In this document: piece after piece, positions 58,299 to 64,000 of the stretch | How positions within the stretch are numbered: position 1 is the stretch's first letter | Layout: each line of letters begins with the position of its first letter | Origin: Candidatus Latescibacterota bacterium | Lineage (GTDB): Bacteria > Latescibacterota > UBA2968 | Direction of reading: 5' to 3' | DNA length: 64,000 nucleotides | NCBI GenBank assembly: GCA_965208125.1 | Contig: OZ242320.1 | Location: 2,720,001 to 2,784,000 of the forward strand | Program-made: the position numbers and the translations under genes | Notes under the pieces: generated by a model | Told to the model about the DNA's origin: nothing | Seen by the model: only the letters and a program-made list of their open reading frames with translations | Databases searched by the model: none

Positions 58299-59069
58299 AT
58301 GCAGCTTACTTTTAGCACGACTGTTTGCTCCGATTTACTTTTGCCCGATGCGCTGAATATTGCCACAGAAGCAGGTTTTAGTCGCATTGAACTTTTCCGC
58401 ACGTTTACCGAGAGTTCACCCGTTCATGCGGATACGTCGGTGCGTATGGTGCGCGAGCGTCTGGACAATGCGGGCGTTACGCTCACGGGTCTCAATATTC
58501 GCAATATCACGGGACGCAATTCCAGCAAGGACGAACGCGATTTGGGATACAATATGCGCCAGGTCGAATGGGATATCCATCTTTCTCGCGCTCTGCGGCT
58601 GCAGTGTGCCAATCTCAAAGGCGGTGATCGCACAGACGAGGCGCGCGAAGATTTTATTAAAGGCATTAATCACGTGCTCGGGCGCGTTTCTGACTTTACC
58701 CTCAATATAGGCAATCACAAGGGAAATTTGTTCGAGAATATCGATGACTATCAGCGCATTTTGCCCGAGCTTCCCGATCGCGCCAAAGTGCTGATGGATA
58801 CGGGTCATCTTCTTTCAGCAGGGGTTGATGTGCGGGCTTTTGCAGAAGCTTTTGCCGATCGCATTGGCCTTGTTCATCTGAGAGATCAGAAGGGTGAAAC
58901 TCCCGTGCCTTTTGGCGAGGGCGATTTGCCTTTTGGAGATGTGATCGGTATTCTCAAGGGCGCAGGTTATGATGGCGAACTCGTCATCGAATTGGAAAAA
59001 GTCACCTGGAGTGAACCGGTCCAGGCCTGTGCTGCTGCGCGTGAATATGTCGAAAAAATCCTATTCTGA
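58299..59069 (+). CDS. sugar phosphate isomerase/epimerase (xylose isomerase-like TIM barrel)
   Basis: ATG at 58299; MDTGH, VHLRD, PFGEGD and GYDGELVIE motifs. Confidence 0.85.
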   Translation: MQLTFSTTVCSDLLLPDALNIATEAGFSRIELFRTFTESSPVHADTSVRMVRERLDNAGVTLTGLNIRNITGRNSSKDERDLGYNMRQVEWDIHLSRALRLQCANLKGGDRTDEAREDFIKGINHVLGRVSDFTLNIGNHKGNLFENIDDYQRILPELPDRAKVLMDTGHLLSAGVDVRAFAEAFADRIGLVHLRDQKGETPVPFGEGDLPFGDVIGILKGAGYDGELVIELEKVTWSEPVQACAAAREYVEKILF

Positions 59070-59077
59070 ATGAGCCT

Positions 59078-59479
59078 ATGTCCCATGCACTGAGCAAACA
59101 TCTGCTCGTCGATTTGTACGGTTGTTCCGCCGATATGCTCAATGATGTCACTGCGCTTGAAAAGGTTATGATTGAAGCTGCCCAACGCGCAGGTGCCACG
59201 GTTATTAATAGCATGTTTCATCACTTTTCGCCTTTCGGTGTATCGGGTGTTGTGGTCATTCAGGAAAGCCACCTGACCATCCACACATGGCCAGAGCAGG
59301 GTTTTGCAGCGGTTGACCTTTTTACCTGTGGCACGCAGACCAAACCACGGCGCGCTTTGATCCACTTAAAACGCGCACTCCAATCTACACGGATCGAAGT
59401 GCGACAATTCAGGCGTGGGCAAGGTGATTCATCGGCTGCAAAGATCAACCGCAACTTTGAGGAAGATAGTGACCCATAA
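59078..59479 (+). CDS. speD: S-adenosylmethionine decarboxylase proenzyme
   Basis: HHFSPFGVSGVVVIQESHLTIHTWPE (ESH cleavage site); DLFTCG. Confidence 0.92.
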   Translation: MSHALSKHLLVDLYGCSADMLNDVTALEKVMIEAAQRAGATVINSMFHHFSPFGVSGVVVIQESHLTIHTWPEQGFAAVDLFTCGTQTKPRRALIHLKRALQSTRIEVRQFRRGQGDSSAAKINRNFEEDSDP

Positions 59480-59497
59480 CTTTTTAATATAAAAAGT

Positions 59498-59545
59498 AAG
59501 CGCCCGTCGATTGGTGTACAACTGCAATATGACGGGCGTTCTTTA
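59498..59545. terminator. probable intrinsic terminator
   Basis: GCGCCCGTC...GACGGGCGT followed by TCTTTA; A-tract upstream. Confidence 0.65.
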
Positions 59546-59589
59546 TATACACGCCTATTTTTCACGATTCTAAATACAATGGAGGGCGT

Positions 59590-59841
59590 ATGACCTCAGA
59601 TCAAGCTACAGATATTCGATCCATACTTATTGCGATGTTTGAGGCTATTGATAAAAAAGAAAATATCGCCGAGCATTTGCTCAAACTCGACGATATTCAG
59701 CGCAGCCTTGACCGGGATACGCCAGCACAACTCAGACATTTTCTCGAGCGCCGTAGTTATACCAAAGCTCTCGAATATCTCGATACGGGTACGTTTACCG
59801 ATGATCCCAACCGCCCCGACTGCGACGACCATCCCCATTAA
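59590..59841 (+). CDS. small hypothetical protein
   Basis: GGAGG SD; 83 aa; LRHFLERRSYTKALEYL. Confidence 0.8.
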   Translation: MTSDQATDIRSILIAMFEAIDKKENIAEHLLKLDDIQRSLDRDTPAQLRHFLERRSYTKALEYLDTGTFTDDPNRPDCDDHPH

Positions 59842-59858
59842 TTTTCAGGAGTTCAGCT

Positions 59859-60164
59859 ATGTCTGTCACAACCCGCACCGATATCAAGGGCATTTCTCGT
59901 TTTCTATTTACCGAAGGCACAGATGCCGACCGTCTGCACTTACATGTTTCAGAAGTTGGTCCAGGTCAGCGCGCCCACCCGCCACACCGGCACGATGGGT
60001 GGGAGATTTTCTACGTTATTAAAGGCAATGGTGAAGTTCTTTACGGAGATCAAGCACATCCGGTCAATACGGGTGAAGCCATGCATCTCGAATGCAGTAT
60101 TTTGCACGGGATAAAAAATATCGGCGATGCCCCGCTTCAATACGCCGTGATTATTAGAAAATGA
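59859..60164 (+). CDS. cupin domain protein
   Basis: HPPHRHDGWEIFYVIKG...HGIKN motif. Confidence 0.9.
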   Translation: MSVTTRTDIKGISRFLFTEGTDADRLHLHVSEVGPGQRAHPPHRHDGWEIFYVIKGNGEVLYGDQAHPVNTGEAMHLECSILHGIKNIGDAPLQYAVIIRK

Positions 60165-60172
60165 GTAGGGAA

Positions 60173-61312
60173 TCAGTAGCGTTTTCGCAACACATCCATA
60201 ATATGTGCCGAGAGCGATTGCACGGTTTCGTCAAAATTTATATTTTCAACAGTTATGATGCGATGTGCTTCGCCCACTTTGAGGATATGTTGCTGAATCT
60301 GTAAAATGGCATCGAGGTTTTCTACATAGCGATGTGATGTCCTTTGTATTGCCTCTTCACTGCGGAATTCAAAACGCTCGGCATATTGCTTTTTGTCATC
60401 TAAGTACAAAGTCATCCAGATAAATGTTGCCTGATCTTTATAAGTGCTCAAATCGATCAAATCGGGCAAGAGATGCACGCCGTCAATCACCAGATTAACA
60501 TGCTCTTCAATGGCGCGCTCAATCATCGCTCGCACGCCAACGCCAACGCGAACAGCCTGTTCGCGAAATGCCTGCACAACCGGTGGGTGCTCATCGCCCA
60601 ACTCTGCGCCCGTATGTTTCCATGCAAAAAATGAAGAGGCGTGTAATGCGGGCATCAGTTCGGGTGAGATCATCAATCGCATAATCTGTCTAATGGCATC
60701 GGTGGATGCGACGCGCGAAATTTTTAGCTGATTGGCCAGTGCCAATCCCACAGAGGTTTTGCCCACTCCAGTTGCGCCGCTGATGAGAATAATGAGTGGT
60801 TTGTGCTGTTGGTCCCTGCGAAATCTGTACCAGGCCTCATAGCGCTCGGCATACTGAGAGCCATAGCCATCTTTTAAGCTTTTCAGCGTTATCTTGAAAA
60901 GCTGTGGCCGCTTAATTACTCTGTTTTGTGAACTCGAAAGTTTTTGTGCGACCTCTGAGGCAATCTGGTGTGTGAGGTCGTGATCCAGCCCTATGGCTTC
61001 GAGTGAATCGGCGAGCCGCTCCAGAGAAAATAGCGCCCTGTCTTCGCCTTCTTCGATAAAAATTTGCCGCGATGTGGGTTCCCAAAAGATGGCATCGCCA
61101 ATTATCCGATCACCAAATTCGCGCTTCACCTGTTTTCGCACCAGGTCGGCCATATCTTCGGCGTTGATGTCTTTCGCTTTTTGAAGTGACCGACGGATGC
61201 CATCTGCGAATTTGTATGCCTCTTGAAATGCGAATCCATGCTCAATTAAATAATGCGCCAGCATGCCCCGCAAAAATGGAATCCTTTTTTTGCCATCAAC
61301 AATTGTCGCCAT
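60173..61312 (-). CDS. 2-phosphoglycerate kinase-like protein (ATP-cone region plus P-loop)
   Basis: PFLRGML, GATGVGKT, STDAIRQIMR, PALHASSF and IDGVHL motifs. Confidence 0.82.
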   Translation of the reverse strand: MATIVDGKKRIPFLRGMLAHYLIEHGFAFQEAYKFADGIRRSLQKAKDINAEDMADLVRKQVKREFGDRIIGDAIFWEPTSRQIFIEEGEDRALFSLERLADSLEAIGLDHDLTHQIASEVAQKLSSSQNRVIKRPQLFKITLKSLKDGYGSQYAERYEAWYRFRRDQQHKPLIILISGATGVGKTSVGLALANQLKISRVASTDAIRQIMRLMISPELMPALHASSFFAWKHTGAELGDEHPPVVQAFREQAVRVGVGVRAMIERAIEEHVNLVIDGVHLLPDLIDLSTYKDQATFIWMTLYLDDKKQYAERFEFRSEEAIQRTSHRYVENLDAILQIQQHILKVGEAHRIITVENINFDETVQSLSAHIMDVLRKRY

Positions 61313-61460
61313 GGCAGTCTCCCACAAAACGCAGCTTTTTCAAAAATAACTGCTCGTACTCGAACTTAGCGAACCTTTTGCACGGTGTCAAGTCTCTGTA
61401 TTACGGCTCGCTAAAGAGGCGAGCAGGGATTACGTGACCAACCAAAATGCGAGGAATTTT

Positions 61461-62936
61461 ATGTCTGTACAACCGAACGTCTTGTTGATTTCGACAGATC
61501 ACTGGCCGGCGCATCTTTTGGGATGTGCTGGTCATCCTATTATTCAGACGCCAACGCTGGATGAATTAGCGCGAAGTGGTGTGCGTTTTTCCAATTGTTA
61601 TGCCGAATGCCCGGTGTGTATTCCGGCGCGGCGCACGTTGATGACGGGTACCACGCCGCGGACGCACGGGGATCGCGTGTTTAAGGAGACACTCGAAATG
61701 CCCGATATGCCAACTCTGGCGCAGACGTTTCGCAATGCGGGATATCAGGCGTATGCCGTGGGTAAGTTGCATGTGTATCCCCAGCGAGATCGCATTGGGT
61801 TTGACGATGTGATTTTAGATGAGGAGGGGCGCACGCAGTATGGGGTTCTCGACGATTACGAGCTTTTTTTAGGCGATCAGGGCTATGCGGGTCAGCATTT
61901 TAATCACGGCATGAGCAATAACGAGTATGGCGCGGTGCCCTGGCATTTGTCTGACGAAACCCATGCGACGAATTGGGCGACTCAAAATATGGCGCGATTT
62001 ATTAAAAGGCGAGATCCCACGCGCCCATCGTTCTGGTTTATTTCCTATCGGCATCCACATCCGCCGATTGTGCCGTTGCAAAAGTATCTGGATTTTTATC
62101 GGGATATGGAGATTGATACGCCGTTTATGGGCGATTGGGTTCGGTCAGAAAATCTTCCCTATAGTCTCCAATCGATGACTGCGCGGGGGGACAAGCACAG
62201 TGCAATTCAAATCGAGATGGCGCGGTGTGCGTTTTATGCGCTGTGTACGCATATTGACCACAGTCTGCGCGTGCTGATTGGTACGCTGAGGGAAGAAGGC
62301 TTGCTCGACAGTACTATTATTTGTTTTACGTCGGATCACGGCGATATGTTGGGCAATCACAATATGCTGGCGAAGCGGCTTTTCTACGAGGGGTCGGCCA
62401 ATATTCCGATGATTTTGCTCGGTACGGCTGGCGATGAGCGGGTCGGGTTCAATCGCGTGGATGATCGCCTGGTGGGGTGGCAAGATGTGATGCCCACGTT
62501 GTTGGATCTGGCGGGTGTAGATATTCCCGATACTGTGGAGGGAATGTCGATGGTTGGCGAGCAAAAACGGGATTGGTTTTACGGCGAGGTTGGCGAAGAT
62601 GCTCACGCGACGCGGATGATTTGCGATGGCCGCTACAAGTTGATTTACTATTCTGTGGGAAATTACCGGCAGCTTTTTGATCTAAAAAATGATCCCTGTG
62701 AACTCGTGGATTTGTCGTCCGATCCGCAACACGCCGAGATTCTGACGCGGTTGACAGAGCTTTTGGTTGGCGAGCTTTACGGCGAGGATGAAGCATGGGT
62801 CGAGGATGGACAGTTGGTGGGTCTGCCAGACCAGCCGTATCACCCCGGTCCCAACCGGGGGCTGACCAGCCAGCGCGGGCAGCACTGGCCCCCACCCCCA
62901 AAATCCGATATGCCTCAGATACAATGGCATGCGTGA
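61461..62936 (+). CDS. sulfatase
   Basis: PNVLLISTDH, CIPARR, GKLH and SDHGDMLG motifs. Confidence 0.93.
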   Translation: MSVQPNVLLISTDHWPAHLLGCAGHPIIQTPTLDELARSGVRFSNCYAECPVCIPARRTLMTGTTPRTHGDRVFKETLEMPDMPTLAQTFRNAGYQAYAVGKLHVYPQRDRIGFDDVILDEEGRTQYGVLDDYELFLGDQGYAGQHFNHGMSNNEYGAVPWHLSDETHATNWATQNMARFIKRRDPTRPSFWFISYRHPHPPIVPLQKYLDFYRDMEIDTPFMGDWVRSENLPYSLQSMTARGDKHSAIQIEMARCAFYALCTHIDHSLRVLIGTLREEGLLDSTIICFTSDHGDMLGNHNMLAKRLFYEGSANIPMILLGTAGDERVGFNRVDDRLVGWQDVMPTLLDLAGVDIPDTVEGMSMVGEQKRDWFYGEVGEDAHATRMICDGRYKLIYYSVGNYRQLFDLKNDPCELVDLSSDPQHAEILTRLTELLVGELYGEDEAWVEDGQLVGLPDQPYHPGPNRGLTSQRGQHWPPPPKSDMPQIQWHA

Positions 62937-62948
62937 GAAGGAGGAATT

Positions 62949-63959
62949 ATGCCATCGCGATTGTTCAATTCACATCCAGACCACGGGATTCGCGTGCCAT
63001 GCGAGGTGATGGAAGCTTATGTGTGTGCGCTCTTTCTCGCTGTGGGTACGTCTGAGGAACACGCACAGCATATGGCGGTTACGTTGACGGCAAATGATTT
63101 GCGCTGTGTGTTCAGTCACGGTACGCGCCAGGTGCAGAGCTATATATCTGAAATAAAAAATGGGCATACCAATCCGCGGCCCAATGTGACGGTGGTGTCC
63201 GAGTCAGATGCGACGGCTATACTGGATGGGGATGGTGGGTTGGGGTATTTTCCATCGCATCGGGGAACGGAGATGGCGATTGAAAAGGCGTTAAAGGTGG
63301 GGGTGAGTACGGTGACGACGCGGAATCACTTCCATTTTGGGGCAGCGGGCAATTATTCTCGCATGGCCCTTGCCAGCGATTGTATTGGGATGGCTCTGTC
63401 TTCTCATCGCTATCGCCCGCGTCCAGATGCGACGGTTATGAGTGCGTCGGGTGGGTCGCCGATTAGCATTGCCGTGCCCACTGGCGAACAACCCCCTCTA
63501 ATTATGGATATGGCGGCGCACTTTATACCTTATAGTGAAGAATCATTTGAGAAGTTTCCCGCGGCAGTTTTCAAGGGTTTGGGGCTGGCGGCTGTGCTTC
63601 AGGCGATGGGGGGTATTTTGGCTGGTATCTGGAATGAAGGGTATGAGTTTACAGGTGAAGGCGAGGGGGCAGTGCCGCATCAAGGTGCGTTTATTGCGGT
63701 GTTTGACGTGAGGCGATTTGCCGATGTGGAGATATTTAAGCGAGAGATGGATCGCTATGTCGGCGAGGCGCGTGCCACAAAACCCCTGCCGGGACACGAC
63801 CGCGCTGAATTAGCTGGCGGCATGGAATGGCAATGGGAAAAAGAGCACCGCGAGATCGGTATTCCCATGACCGATGAGCACCGCGATCTGCTGGAGAAAG
63901 TGGGCGATAGTGTCGGGGTTTCATCGCCGTTTGGACAATTTGAAGGGTCGCGGTTTTAG
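62949..63959 (+). CDS. Ldh_2 family (malate/L-lactate/sulfolactate dehydrogenase-like) oxidoreductase
   Basis: DLRCVFSHG, LDGDGGLG, HFGAAG, PISIAVP and KGLGL motifs. Confidence 0.9.
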   Translation: MPSRLFNSHPDHGIRVPCEVMEAYVCALFLAVGTSEEHAQHMAVTLTANDLRCVFSHGTRQVQSYISEIKNGHTNPRPNVTVVSESDATAILDGDGGLGYFPSHRGTEMAIEKALKVGVSTVTTRNHFHFGAAGNYSRMALASDCIGMALSSHRYRPRPDATVMSASGGSPISIAVPTGEQPPLIMDMAAHFIPYSEESFEKFPAAVFKGLGLAAVLQAMGGILAGIWNEGYEFTGEGEGAVPHQGAFIAVFDVRRFADVEIFKREMDRYVGEARATKPLPGHDRAELAGGMEWQWEKEHREIGIPMTDEHRDLLEKVGDSVGVSSPFGQFEGSRF

Positions 63960-64000
63960 GCTGTAAAATTCAAAGGTATTACCTAACAGGAGGAGCAATA

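Overview
Bacterial chromosomal window. Three sulfatases, three PhyH-type dioxygenase genes and HEAT-repeat content resemble marine or sponge-associated Latescibacterota/Gemmatimonadota/Poribacteria-like genomes; this is inference only. Contents in order: (1) a 5'-truncated, AT-rich, translationally coupled three-gene cassette led by a Tse2-like ADP-ribosyltransferase; (2) a CusCBA-type heavy-metal RND operon preceded by a Cys-rich ORF with an RSPP motif; (3) yeiH-cysK; (4) an ApaLI-like type II restriction-modification pair; (5) catabolic genes; (6) an ilvN-leuA-leuC-leuD-cimA-aminotransferase-argJ-aminotransferase-accA cluster with a Leu/Ile/Val-rich leader peptide; (7) a ~197-nt rod-shaped ncRNA with its own promoter and terminator (6S-like); (8) comEC, then truA-htrA-pssA-DUF4321-tatA-gatAB; (9) sulfatases, a sugar ABC transporter, MATE and metal permeases, an amidohydrolase-Rieske pair, speD and a 2-phosphoglycerate kinase-like gene. 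Intergenic regions carry GTAG-type REP hairpins, three of them fused to a triple ~10-nt tandem repeat. No rRNA, tRNA, CRISPR array or transposase was recognised. All family calls come from motif recognition by eye, not database searches.
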